A stretch of 64,000 nt of DNA, taken from Planctomycetota bacterium (GTDB lineage: Bacteria > Planctomycetota > MHYJ01 > JACQXL01). Location of the stretch: positions 66,891 through 130,890 of the forward strand of contig JACRIK010000018.1 of NCBI GenBank assembly GCA_016235865.1, written 5' to 3'. The translations under genes and the position numbers were made by a program. Shown here piece by piece: positions 8,651 through 17,891 of the stretch (positions are counted from its first letter, which is position 1; the number at the start of each line of letters is the position of its first letter). The notes beneath the pieces were generated by a model. That model made no database searches, had not been told where the DNA came from, and worked only from the letters and a program-made list of their open reading frames with translations.

Positions 8651-8681
8651 TTGACACTGGCTAATTAGAAAGGTTCTACGC

Positions 8682-10052
8682 ATGAAGAGAAAACTGTTGA
8701 TTATGGGCGCGGCCGGCAAGGATTTCCACGTCTTTAATACCCTCTACCGGGATAATCCGGACTATGAGGTGGTCTGCTTTACCGCTACCCAGATACCTAA
8801 TATTGATAACCGGATGTATCCGACAGAACTGGCCGGTTCAATGTATCCCAAGGGAATCCAGATTAAGCCGGAGGCCATGTTGGTTGACCTGATTAAAGAG
8901 CATAAGGTTCAGGAGGTGGTGTTTGCTTATAGCGACGTTTCTTACGAATATATTGATGGCAAGAAAAAGATGGTTCAGGCCGCCGGGGCGGAGTTTACCC
9001 TGCTGGACCCGGTTAAGGTGATGCTCAAGTCCACCAAGCCGGTCATCGCGGTCTGCGCGGTCCGGACCGGCGCCGGCAAAAGCCCGGCTAGCCGTCGGGT
9101 GGTTGATATCCTCAAGAAATACAACAAGAAGACCGCGGTGGTGCGCCATCCCATGCCCTACGGCGACCTGGTCAAGAGCACGGTCCAGCGCTTTGCCACC
9201 TTTGAAGACCTTATCAAATACGATTGCACCATTGAGGAGCGTGAGGAATACGAGCCGCATCTCCAAAAAGGCGCTTTGGTCTATGCCGGTGTGGATTACG
9301 AGAAGATTTTGCGCGAGGTGGAAAAGGAAGCGGATGTGGTTATTTGGGACGGCGGCAATAACGATACGCCATTCTACAAGCCGGACCTACACATCACGAT
9401 TTGCGACCCGCTCCGGCCGGGACACGAACTCTCCTATTACCCGGGCCGGGAGAATTTCGAGATGGCTGATGTTCTGATTATAAATAAGGTGGATACGGCC
9501 AAGACCGAGGATGTGGAGTCCATCCTCAAGAATGCTAAGCAGTATAATCCCAATGCCCAGATAATTATGGCTAATTCGCCGGTCTTTGTTTCTGACTCGG
9601 ATAAGATTAAGGGGAAAAAGGTCCTGGTTATAGAGGACGGCCCGACCGTGACGCACGGCGAGATGGGCTATGGTGCTGGTTTTATCGCGGCTAAGAAATA
9701 CGGCGTGGCTGAGATTGTTGACCCCAGACCCTATGCTAGCCAGGGTATCAAAGAGGTATTTGCGAAGTATCCCAAGACCACCCAGGTTCTGCCGGCCGTG
9801 GGTTATAGTTCCAGGCAGATTAAAGATCTTGAAGAAACCATTGAGAATTGTCCCTGCGACGTGGTTATTATTGCCACCCCGATAAACCTGGCCCGGATAG
9901 TCAAGATAAACAAGCCCTGGGTCCAGGTGACCTATGAGATAGAAGAGATTTCTAAGCCACGGTTAGGGGATATTATGGCGCAGAAATTCGGCTGGCAGGG
10001 CCAGAGCCAATTCGGAAGCCGGCCCGGGATGCAGATGCTGGCGAGACCGTAA
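8682..10052 (+). CDS. P-loop enzyme of the cyclic-2,3-diphosphoglycerate-synthetase-like/'GTPase' family, probable arginine synthetase (ArcE-type)
   Basis: MGAAGKDFH, FTATQIP, AVRTGAGKS P-loop, RHPMPYG, CTIEEREEYEPH, WDGGNND, EDGPT. Confidence 0.75.
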   Translation: MKRKLLIMGAAGKDFHVFNTLYRDNPDYEVVCFTATQIPNIDNRMYPTELAGSMYPKGIQIKPEAMLVDLIKEHKVQEVVFAYSDVSYEYIDGKKKMVQAAGAEFTLLDPVKVMLKSTKPVIAVCAVRTGAGKSPASRRVVDILKKYNKKTAVVRHPMPYGDLVKSTVQRFATFEDLIKYDCTIEEREEYEPHLQKGALVYAGVDYEKILREVEKEADVVIWDGGNNDTPFYKPDLHITICDPLRPGHELSYYPGRENFEMADVLIINKVDTAKTEDVESILKNAKQYNPNAQIIMANSPVFVSDSDKIKGKKVLVIEDGPTVTHGEMGYGAGFIAAKKYGVAEIVDPRPYASQGIKEVFAKYPKTTQVLPAVGYSSRQIKDLEETIENCPCDVVIIATPINLARIVKINKPWVQVTYEIEEISKPRLGDIMAQKFGWQGQSQFGSRPGMQMLARP

Positions 10053-10118
10053 AATAAGAGTGATGAAGAAGGGTTGGGATGAACCCAGCCCTTCCCTAAA
10101 TCAGAAAGGAAGGGCTGG

Positions 10119-10598
10119 GTGAATACACAATTTCCCGAACTGATACCCCGTCTGGAGAGTTATTCCACGATAAAGACCTGGCGCGAGCATGATGGCCGAT
10201 ATCGTCTCCAGGGTACCAGATGCCGTAAATGCTCCGAGAAATGGTTTCCGCCCCGGGTTGGGCTTCCCTGTCCCAAATGCCACGCGATTAATATGGAGCC
10301 GTATGAATGCGCCCGGACCGGCGAGGTAATTTCGTTCCAGCTGGAGGTGATGGGCTATCCGGCGATGGGCTACGGAGAATTGTCGCCCCGCAAGATATGT
10401 ATTATTAAACTGGATGACGGCATCCATATCATCGGTGAGGTGGTTGATTGCGGCGAGAATGACGTTCATCCGGCCGAACCCACCAAGAATAAGTCCGGCA
10501 CCCGGGTCAAGATGGTCTTCCGCAAGCAGAAACGCGAGGAAACCGGCAATTGGATGTACGGCTATAAGTTCGTGATTGACCCAGCACATAAGAAATAA
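10119..10598 (+). CDS. Zn-ribbon/OB-fold (DUF35) acyl-CoA-binding protein
   Basis: LQGTRCRKC...FPPR...CPKC; C-terminal YGYKF. Confidence 0.85.
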   Translation: MNTQFPELIPRLESYSTIKTWREHDGRYRLQGTRCRKCSEKWFPPRVGLPCPKCHAINMEPYECARTGEVISFQLEVMGYPAMGYGELSPRKICIIKLDDGIHIIGEVVDCGENDVHPAEPTKNKSGTRVKMVFRKQKREETGNWMYGYKFVIDPAHKK

Positions 10599-10691
10599 GA
10601 TTAAACTGTTATTCCAGTAATTTCATTGTATGTACTGTTCAGTTAAACATTAGACCTCATAATTATGTGCTGGGTTGATAAATAACGCCTG

Positions 10692-11999
10692 ATGAAGTAT
10701 CCATTTTTACTTGTCATCTTCATTATCCACGCCCTGGCATTCGGCAATCTCTACCGTAAAAATCGGAAATACTACTACCTGATACTTACCTTTGGATTCC
10801 TGTTTCTAATCGGTTATTATCTGCCGATGACGCTTAAGGCTGAGATGACTACCTTGCTGATTATTGTGCGCTGGACCGGGATTACCGTGGCCACGGTCGG
10901 CGGCGTATTGCTGCTTAAGGCCCAGTTGAAGTCGTTGAAGCTCTGGCTGATGATGAATCCTAAGACCATGATGCTATTTTTGCGGATAATCCTTGCCTAC
11001 GTCAAGTTCAAAGATAAAATGAATCGGGTATTTAACAATAAAGAAGGAGATAAATCAACTATGTCTAAGACGCCGCTGTATATAATGGTAATCTTTCTGT
11101 GCCTGGTGGCAGTATTTGCATCTAATAGTTTCATAAGTTCGCGCGTGCCAGATATGCTGACCAAGGGCGATCTGAGGATTGTTTATAAGCATGCCAAGGA
11201 GGAAGACGCCGGATATCCCTACCGTTTTAACCTGACCGTTTCCTCGCGCTCGGTTAAGGTTCCGGCCGACGGTGTCAAGGTCTACTGGATGAAGGGCGAG
11301 GATTACCGGGCCAAGAAGGATAACCTGCAGAAATCAGATTTCAATGTCACCACCATGGAAACCACCGGCGACGGCCTGTTTACCGCTTTGTTGCCGACCA
11401 GGGAGAAGAACACCCGTTACGCCATGTTTATGGAAATTAATGATGCCCAGAATAACCTGATTGCGACTATGCCACCTTTACCTGACGATCCGCCGAGGTT
11501 AGGATCAAACGGTACAGGTAATGAGCTGGAAAAACACCAATTCTACGGGATTTCTTACAAAACAGACCCCAACAAATACGGCTTGTTGGTTCATATCGTG
11601 CTGATGTTGGTGGCGTTGATGTTGTTGATTCACGCCTTTTATTACGCCTTTAACTATCTCTGGAATCGCCAGGATTGGATTATCGGCAAATCCGCCTCTT
11701 CGCTGTTCTGGGGCATCCTCTGCTACGGCATCTCGGCCTTCCCGCTGGGTATCTGGATTGAATACGAAAAATACGGCACCTATTGGACCGGATTCCCGCT
11801 GGGCTGGGATATAACGGACTCCAAGACGCTGTTTAATTTCGTCTATTGGGCAATGGTGGTTATCCTGTTGAAGGGGACCATCTTCTCCAAGGACAAGGCC
11901 AAAGATTTAATCAGTTATAAAACCTATGCCTGGGTGGCGATTCTGGGCGGTATCCTGACCATAGTGGTCCGGTTTGCCATCCCGCATGGAGACCTATAA
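10692..11999 (+). CDS. Multi-pass membrane protein with soluble domain (alternative start 11061)
   Basis: Hydrophobic helices; WTGFPLGWDITDSKTL motif; internal AAGGAG RBS + ATG at 11061. Confidence 0.7.
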   Translation: MKYPFLLVIFIIHALAFGNLYRKNRKYYYLILTFGFLFLIGYYLPMTLKAEMTTLLIIVRWTGITVATVGGVLLLKAQLKSLKLWLMMNPKTMMLFLRIILAYVKFKDKMNRVFNNKEGDKSTMSKTPLYIMVIFLCLVAVFASNSFISSRVPDMLTKGDLRIVYKHAKEEDAGYPYRFNLTVSSRSVKVPADGVKVYWMKGEDYRAKKDNLQKSDFNVTTMETTGDGLFTALLPTREKNTRYAMFMEINDAQNNLIATMPPLPDDPPRLGSNGTGNELEKHQFYGISYKTDPNKYGLLVHIVLMLVALMLLIHAFYYAFNYLWNRQDWIIGKSASSLFWGILCYGISAFPLGIWIEYEKYGTYWTGFPLGWDITDSKTLFNFVYWAMVVILLKGTIFSKDKAKDLISYKTYAWVAILGGILTIVVRFAIPHGDL

Positions 12000-12017
12000 A
12001 AAGAGGAGAGATGATAG

Positions 12018-12935
12018 ATGACAGATGAAAGTAAATTTCCAAAATGGCCGTTGTATGTGACCGTAGGTGTCGGATTGATTATTGCCTTGTATTATTCCTT
12101 CGGGATGCTCATGGCGGTAACCAGCAAGCATCGGGCCAAAGAGGCCGGACCATACAAAGTGGAATTCTCGGAACGGGGCGAGCGGATGCTGGGTGTCCCG
12201 TGCCGGCTGATGCTCCAGGTGGTTTCCGAGGCGAAACCGAAATCTATTAACCTGGCGTATTACACCTTGAATCGTGAAGAAGCCGGCCCGGCCATGATTT
12301 ATCACAAGATCCCCATGACAAAGACGTTTGAGTCCAGGCCGATGATTCAGGCCGGCAACAGCGGGCTTTATTCGGTGATTCTGCCGCCGCTGAAGGAGAT
12401 GGCCGCGCAGTACTTTTATTATTTTGTCCTGACTGACGAATCCGGCAAGGCCTACGATTTCAATCCGGCCGGAGATGCCAAGAATCCAGAGCCCGGCTGT
12501 ATTACCTACCGCGGCGAAGGCACGCACTGGGTGACGGTGCTGCATATCGCGCTGATGATTCTGGTGGTATTCTTTATGCTCCACGTAGTTTATTCTTCAT
12601 TAGCGCACATTGCCCGGAGCGACTACCCGATAGGCCGGGCGGTTCACGCCGGCTGGTGGGCCAATATATTCTTCTTCCTGACCAGTTTCCCCATCGGGCT
12701 GTATGTCTCCGGAGTGGCTTATGGCCGGCCCTGGACCGGCGTGCCGCAGGTATGGGCCTGGAACGACGCCGATAACAAGAGTTTGGCTATTTTTATCTAC
12801 TGGGTGGTTATCCTGTTCCTTATTTGGGGCGTGAGCAAGGGTAAGAATAAAATCAGCCCGAAGGCGTATGCCTGGCTGAGTTTACTCGGCGCCATCGCGA
12901 CTATATATTTGTTTCTGTCCGGTGGGCACAACTAA
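12018..12935 (+). CDS. Membrane protein, paralog of upstream gene
   Basis: Shares HI.LM....H helix and WTG.P..W...D.K.L...YW motif. Confidence 0.75.
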   Translation: MTDESKFPKWPLYVTVGVGLIIALYYSFGMLMAVTSKHRAKEAGPYKVEFSERGERMLGVPCRLMLQVVSEAKPKSINLAYYTLNREEAGPAMIYHKIPMTKTFESRPMIQAGNSGLYSVILPPLKEMAAQYFYYFVLTDESGKAYDFNPAGDAKNPEPGCITYRGEGTHWVTVLHIALMILVVFFMLHVVYSSLAHIARSDYPIGRAVHAGWWANIFFFLTSFPIGLYVSGVAYGRPWTGVPQVWAWNDADNKSLAIFIYWVVILFLIWGVSKGKNKISPKAYAWLSLLGAIATIYLFLSGGHN

Positions 12936-12989
12936 CTCAAAAGATGAGAGATGATAGAAAAAAGATGATAGATAGGAGAGGTTAGAGAT

Positions 12990-13862
12990 ATGTCACAGGA
13001 ATTCTGGAGATGGAAAGAGTATAACAAAAAGGTGGACGGGGCCAAGGACTGGAAGGACGCCAAGATTATCACGGCCGGCGTGGACGTCGGCTCGGTTTCC
13101 TCCAAGGTCGCCATTATGGCGGACGGCGAGCTGTTTTCCTATAGTTTGATGCGCACCGGCTCGGACAGCGCCCAGAGCGCTACCAAGGCCATTAACGGGG
13201 CTATGGAAGGCACCGGACTGACCATGGATAAGATTCATTACGTGGTCGGCACCGGCTACGGCCGGGTCAATGTGCCCTTTGCCAAGAAGGCCATTACCGA
13301 GATTGCCTGCCACGCTAGAGGCGCTAATTTTATCTGGGGACCGACCGTTAAGACCGTGCTGGATATGGGCGGACAGGATTGCAAGGCCATCAAATGCGAC
13401 GAAAAGGGCAAGGTTACCGCATTCCTAATGAACGACAAATGCGCGGCCGGCACCGGACGCGGCATGGAGGTCTTTGCCGACCTACTCTCGGTCCAGATAG
13501 AACAGATGGGCGACCTGTCATTCACGGTTGATAAGGAACCTGACCCGGTCTCCTCAACCTGCGTGGTCTTTGCCAAATCCGAGGCAGTCGGTTTGTTACG
13601 TCAGGGCTGGACCAAGGAAAAGGTCATTGCGGCCTATTCTTCGGCTATGGCCCATCGGGTATTTACTCTGCTGGAAAAGGTCGGGGTGGAAAAGGATTTT
13701 GTTATTACCGGCGGCATCTCCAAGAACAGAGGTGTGACACAAAGGATAGAAAACGAGTTGAAGATAATCGCGCTACCCAGGCCGGCCAAGTATGATGCGG
13801 CATTAGCTGGGGCCATGGGCGCGGCATTGTTTGCAAAAGCATTGGTGGAGAAAGCTAAATAG
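12990..13862 (+). CDS. bzdQ: Benzoyl-CoA reductase subunit Q-like / acyl-CoA dehydratase activase (ASKHA ATPase)
   Basis: N-terminal EFWRW, GVDVGSVSS, TGYGR, EIACH, DMGGQD, MNDKCAAGTG, STCVVFA. Confidence 0.8.
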   Translation: MSQEFWRWKEYNKKVDGAKDWKDAKIITAGVDVGSVSSKVAIMADGELFSYSLMRTGSDSAQSATKAINGAMEGTGLTMDKIHYVVGTGYGRVNVPFAKKAITEIACHARGANFIWGPTVKTVLDMGGQDCKAIKCDEKGKVTAFLMNDKCAAGTGRGMEVFADLLSVQIEQMGDLSFTVDKEPDPVSSTCVVFAKSEAVGLLRQGWTKEKVIAAYSSAMAHRVFTLLEKVGVEKDFVITGGISKNRGVTQRIENELKIIALPRPAKYDAALAGAMGAALFAKALVEKAK

Positions 13863-13871
13863 CAGAAATTT

Positions 13872-14165
13872 ATGCTCGCAAATTATGGTTACAAGGACGG
13901 TTCAGGGGATTTCTTCATTACCATAGACACGGATAAATGCACCGGCTGTGGCGACTGCATCAAAGCCTGCCCGGCTAAGGTTCTGGAGATGATAACCGAC
14001 GAAAGCGACCCGTTCCGAGAGATACCGGTGGTGGCCGTGACCGACGAGCACCGCAAGAAAATCAAGTATTCCTGTTCACCTTGTAAGGGCGCCGAGCATA
14101 AATCAGCTTCAGACCTGCCCTGTGTTAAATCATGTGCCCCAGGCGCCATTGCGCATTCGTGGTAA
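13872..14165 (+). CDS. Ferredoxin, BzdM-like
   Basis: MLANYGYKDGSGDFFITIDTDKCTGCGDCIKAC; CSPC...CVKSC. Confidence 0.8.
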   Translation: MLANYGYKDGSGDFFITIDTDKCTGCGDCIKACPAKVLEMITDESDPFREIPVVAVTDEHRKKIKYSCSPCKGAEHKSASDLPCVKSCAPGAIAHSW

Positions 14166-14230
14166 GATCTTATTTCGGCCCAAACTAAGCGAGGCGGGGG
14201 GGAGTCACCGCGTTCAAACAGGCCATAAAC

Positions 14231-14267
14231 AAAAAACCCCTCCGACTTTTACATCGGAGGGGTTTTT
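14231..14267. terminator. Bidirectional intrinsic terminator
   Basis: AAAAAA-CCCCTCCGA-loop-TCGGAGGGG-TTTTT between convergent genes. Confidence 0.85.
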
Positions 14268-14288
14268 CTTAAAACCCGTGTGCGTTAA

Positions 14289-15401
14289 TTACCACAGTAC
14301 GGTCATTAACAGAGAAACTGAGTTGTTGTCAACTTCCGGACCGCCTGTGACTGTATCTGGTTCGGTGTTGGTTGTGTAATCCAGTTTCAGAGTTGAATTG
14401 TCCGAAAGCTTGTGGCCGCCGCCGATTGACATACGGGTCCAGGTATCAACCGTATCATCAACAGAGCTGTAACGGAATGCCACAAACCACTGCTTGTCTA
14501 CATTGTAAAGAGCGTCAAGCATCATTGTGGTTGTCTCTTCAATGAGGTTCATTGGTCCCTTGGCTCCTGCGCCGTAAGCCAGTCTGAGTACTGCCTTGGC
14601 ATCGCTGGCCAGCGGGGCCTTGGTCGGGTCAAACTTCTGGGCGCCTTCCAGCACGTCAAGACGAACGTTCAGTTCGTAGCCTTTGCTGTACATTCCCGCG
14701 GGTAATCCGGGAGGAACTGCAAGTGTGGCTAGGAAGCTATCAAACAGGTCGCTTGACATTGCAATGGTATTGCCGCCGCCTGCTAATCTCCCTGAATCAT
14801 ACTGTGACAGAGAGAAATAAAGCGGCATGCTCTTCATTGTGGCCATTGCTTTTACGACGTATGCCTTGGTATTGGTGTCATCGGTTGCGCCATTACCATT
14901 CAGAAATGACAGTGAATAGCCCAAGGTTACCGGCAGTTCGATTGGGAGCGCCTTCTGCCTGAATTCAACGCCCAGGTCTTCGCCAGCTAAGCCGCCGATT
15001 GAATTGTTAACCAGGGCGTTTTCCACCGGGTTGTTGCTCCAGGTCTCTTCGCCGAAGTTAACTTTTATCAGGCCGACATAGATATCCGGGTTGACCGTGT
15101 CGCTCTTGGCCAATTTCTTAATGACATTGGTCAATTTAACGTAAGCATAATCAGCGCCATTAGCTGTGCCGTTGTCAAAGTTTAATCTCAGGACTGCTGA
15201 GGTGTCTGCGTCGAAAGTGGCATTGAGTTTTACCTTGGCATCCGGAGCGCCGAAAGTGCCTGGGGTGGTGTTACCTAGTGTGCCATTGTCCATATAACCA
15301 GCGGCAAGGCGGCTGCCATCAAATGTTACCTTGACATCTTCGGCTAATACCGGAAGCGCCAAAAAGGCGATGGCCGCGATTACGCATAATAGTGTCTTCA
15401 T
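14289..15401 (-). CDS. Outer-membrane porin-like beta-barrel
   Basis: Signal peptide, alternating beta-strand pattern, terminal Trp; AAGGAG RBS. Confidence 0.7.
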   Translation of the reverse strand: MKTLLCVIAAIAFLALPVLAEDVKVTFDGSRLAAGYMDNGTLGNTTPGTFGAPDAKVKLNATFDADTSAVLRLNFDNGTANGADYAYVKLTNVIKKLAKSDTVNPDIYVGLIKVNFGEETWSNNPVENALVNNSIGGLAGEDLGVEFRQKALPIELPVTLGYSLSFLNGNGATDDTNTKAYVVKAMATMKSMPLYFSLSQYDSGRLAGGGNTIAMSSDLFDSFLATLAVPPGLPAGMYSKGYELNVRLDVLEGAQKFDPTKAPLASDAKAVLRLAYGAGAKGPMNLIEETTTMMLDALYNVDKQWFVAFRYSSVDDTVDTWTRMSIGGGHKLSDNSTLKLDYTTNTEPDTVTGGPEVDNNSVSLLMTVLW

Positions 15402-15610
15402 TATTTATTCTCCTTAAAGTTAGGACATTTAATCCTCAAATCCTGCTATCTAATCCGGATAACCGACTTTTGGATTGCTTCTGCCGCCTCGTGACAGAAG
15501 GGGCTTTGGTCCTTATCAAAACCCGGCTCGTTCCTTCCCTTCTTCAGTATGAGCCGAGACCTCATACCATCAGCTTTCACCCCCTTTCGGTGGAAAGGGA
15601 AAGAATAATT
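15402..15610 (-). promoter_or_regulatory. Long structured 5' leader (candidate cis-regulatory RNA)
   Basis: Several stems visible between sigma70 promoter and porin ATG; no known riboswitch consensus recognised. Confidence 0.4.
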
Positions 15611-15617
15611 AAAAGAC

Positions 15618-15646
15618 TATATACTAAATTATCGTCAATATGTCAA
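15618..15646 (-). promoter_or_regulatory. Sigma70-type promoter for porin
   Basis: TTGACA-17-TATATA on minus strand. Confidence 0.6.
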
Positions 15647-15734
15647 TGATTTATAATATTTTATTTAAAATATTATTTATGTCTAACCGTATTATGATAA
15701 AGGGGATGAAGCAAGAAAAGCTGGTAAAGACCGG

Positions 15735-17888
15735 TTATTCATCACGGATATCCAGGGTGGTTCTGAGGGTGGCGATGGCGGTTATGATCTCTCCACGCAT
15801 GGATTCATTCGTAACCTTGCCCAGCAGTGTTCTGAGGGTGAATATATCCTCTTTTTCGCCGATATTGGCCAGGATTCTGACCGCGCTGAGCACCAAATCC
15901 GGCTCGTTGCTGTCCAATAGGCCCCTGATAACCGGCAGGGAGCGCTGGTTTTTAATGCCTTGGAGCGAGCGGGTAATCTGGTCTGCCAGATTGCGGTAGA
16001 TTTGATCCTGGGTTCTTTTCCAGCGGTTAATCAGGTCATAATAGCCGCTGACCAGGAGTTCCACTGAAAAGCCGGAAAAGGCGTCCGAAGAGGTAATTCG
16101 GGCTATCTTCTGGATGGCCTGAAGGGTTAGGTCGCTATTGCCCTGGGCAATGATATTTTTGAGAAGTTCAAATGCCTGGGTATCTCCCAAAATAACGGCG
16201 GTTTCCAGGCAGGCCAGTTTGACCTTGGGGTCAGTGCTGGCCAGGCCGATATCAACCAGGCGGTTGACCAGGCGCTGTTTGCCCTGGGCGTTCTCCAGTG
16301 ACATAATCGTTTTTATGGTCGCCAGCTTTACCAGGTCATTCTTGTCTTCGGATAAGGCATAGAGCCGCACGAGTGTCTTTTCACGGTCGGATTTGTCTCC
16401 CAAGCGGACAATGGCCCGGCTGGCAGATAATATTATTCGGTAATCGGTCTCGTTCTTCAGTAGCTCATAAAGAAGCGGCAGCGCCGAGTTATCCGAGATG
16501 CCGGCTAGGGATTCCAGGGCCGCGTTAAAGAGGGGGTTGTCTTTACTCTCGCCCTTTTTTATGATATTGACCAGAATCTTTATCAGTTCGGCGGTATTGG
16601 CCGCGCCGATGGATTTTTTATCCTGAAGTGCGGTCAGGCACAGTTTCCTGGTATCGGTGTCCGTATTTGCGAAGATATCCAGCAAGATTATAGCGCCGCG
16701 GGATGGGTTAATCCCCACGAGCGTCTCGGCCGCGGCTGAACGGTATTCTATATAATAGCCGGATGATTTTATGATCGCCTCAAGTTCCGGATACAGTTTT
16801 TCAGAGCCGACCCGGCTTAAAACCCGGCCCAGATACACGGAGTTATATTTTCCTGATGGCGTGCTTTTAAGGATTTCCATCAAAGAAGGGATGGTTTCTT
16901 CGCCCATTCCGGTCAGGATTGCCTCAGCCGCCAATGCTTTGTCAAAGTCATTACGTTCGCTGAACTGTTTGAGCAGCTCCAGGAGATGTTTAGCTCGGTC
17001 GGCCATATTATCGCCGACCGGCAAATCAAATCCGATTGGTTTTATGCTGATGCTGAAGGCAACCCGTTCACCGGCTTTTACCGGATGTACGGAATTTTTC
17101 CACTCCACCTGCACGGTTCCTTCATCAACGCTGACCGTAGTGATTTTGATACCTTCGGCGCTTATTACGTTGTCATCAATCTGTTTCCGGACCGGCGCAT
17201 TGTATTTCAGGTGATTAACCCTGAATCTGGTTCCGACCACCTTGATTCGGCCTGATTCGGTCTCGACATATAACGTTTTAGGATTCTTGGCCACATCAAG
17301 GTAAATAGAACCTTGGTGCAGGAGGATATTGCCCCGGCTCTTCTCGGACGGTTGGGTGATATTCAGGGCGGTTTGCCGGTCCATCTCTATTTTGGTCCGG
17401 TCAGCCAGGGATAACACGGCCTTGGTTCCGGCGGTTTGCATTACCGTATCGCTTTTGATGTAATATGTCCCTTTTGTGGTTGCCTCCTGAGATTGGTTGT
17501 CTTGCCGGACTGATACTGTTCCGCTATCAAGGGAAATCGGCTGGATTGTTTCAGGTGGTTTAGGGCTGGCCAGCCAGATAACTACTGCTAATAATATTAC
17601 CGCGGCTGAAGCAAATGCATACCTGAGTCGATAAAACAGGTTTACTTCCGGGTACTCATGGACGCCTAATTCATCTATTTTCTCGTTGACGGCTTCTATA
17701 AAGTTATCTTTGGGCGTGATATCGGCCCATTTATGAAGTATTGCCGAGACCTTCTTTGACTGGATAAGAACATTCTTGCATTCCGGGCAACTTTCAAGAT
17801 GATTGGTAACTGAACGCATTTCTTCCTCAGGCAACAATCCCTTTATATAAGCATCTGTGGCCAATCTGATTTTATCGCAATTATTCAT
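15735..17888 (-). CDS. Anti-sigma factor: zf-HC2 + TM + FecR domain + HEAT repeats
   Basis: HLESCPEC, TM helix, IKVVGTRFRV/VSVDEGTVQV FecR motifs, helical HEAT-like tail. Confidence 0.8.
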   Translation of the reverse strand: MNNCDKIRLATDAYIKGLLPEEEMRSVTNHLESCPECKNVLIQSKKVSAILHKWADITPKDNFIEAVNEKIDELGVHEYPEVNLFYRLRYAFASAAVILLAVVIWLASPKPPETIQPISLDSGTVSVRQDNQSQEATTKGTYYIKSDTVMQTAGTKAVLSLADRTKIEMDRQTALNITQPSEKSRGNILLHQGSIYLDVAKNPKTLYVETESGRIKVVGTRFRVNHLKYNAPVRKQIDDNVISAEGIKITTVSVDEGTVQVEWKNSVHPVKAGERVAFSISIKPIGFDLPVGDNMADRAKHLLELLKQFSERNDFDKALAAEAILTGMGEETIPSLMEILKSTPSGKYNSVYLGRVLSRVGSEKLYPELEAIIKSSGYYIEYRSAAAETLVGINPSRGAIILLDIFANTDTDTRKLCLTALQDKKSIGAANTAELIKILVNIIKKGESKDNPLFNAALESLAGISDNSALPLLYELLKNETDYRIILSASRAIVRLGDKSDREKTLVRLYALSEDKNDLVKLATIKTIMSLENAQGKQRLVNRLVDIGLASTDPKVKLACLETAVILGDTQAFELLKNIIAQGNSDLTLQAIQKIARITSSDAFSGFSVELLVSGYYDLINRWKRTQDQIYRNLADQITRSLQGIKNQRSLPVIRGLLDSNEPDLVLSAVRILANIGEKEDIFTLRTLLGKVTNESMRGEIITAIATLRTTLDIRDE

Positions 17889-17891
17889 ATT

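Noticed and set aside
15520..15600. c-di-GMP riboswitch or hammerhead ribozyme
   Set aside because: Only partial resemblance (GAAA loop, CUGAUG); core consensus nucleotides missing
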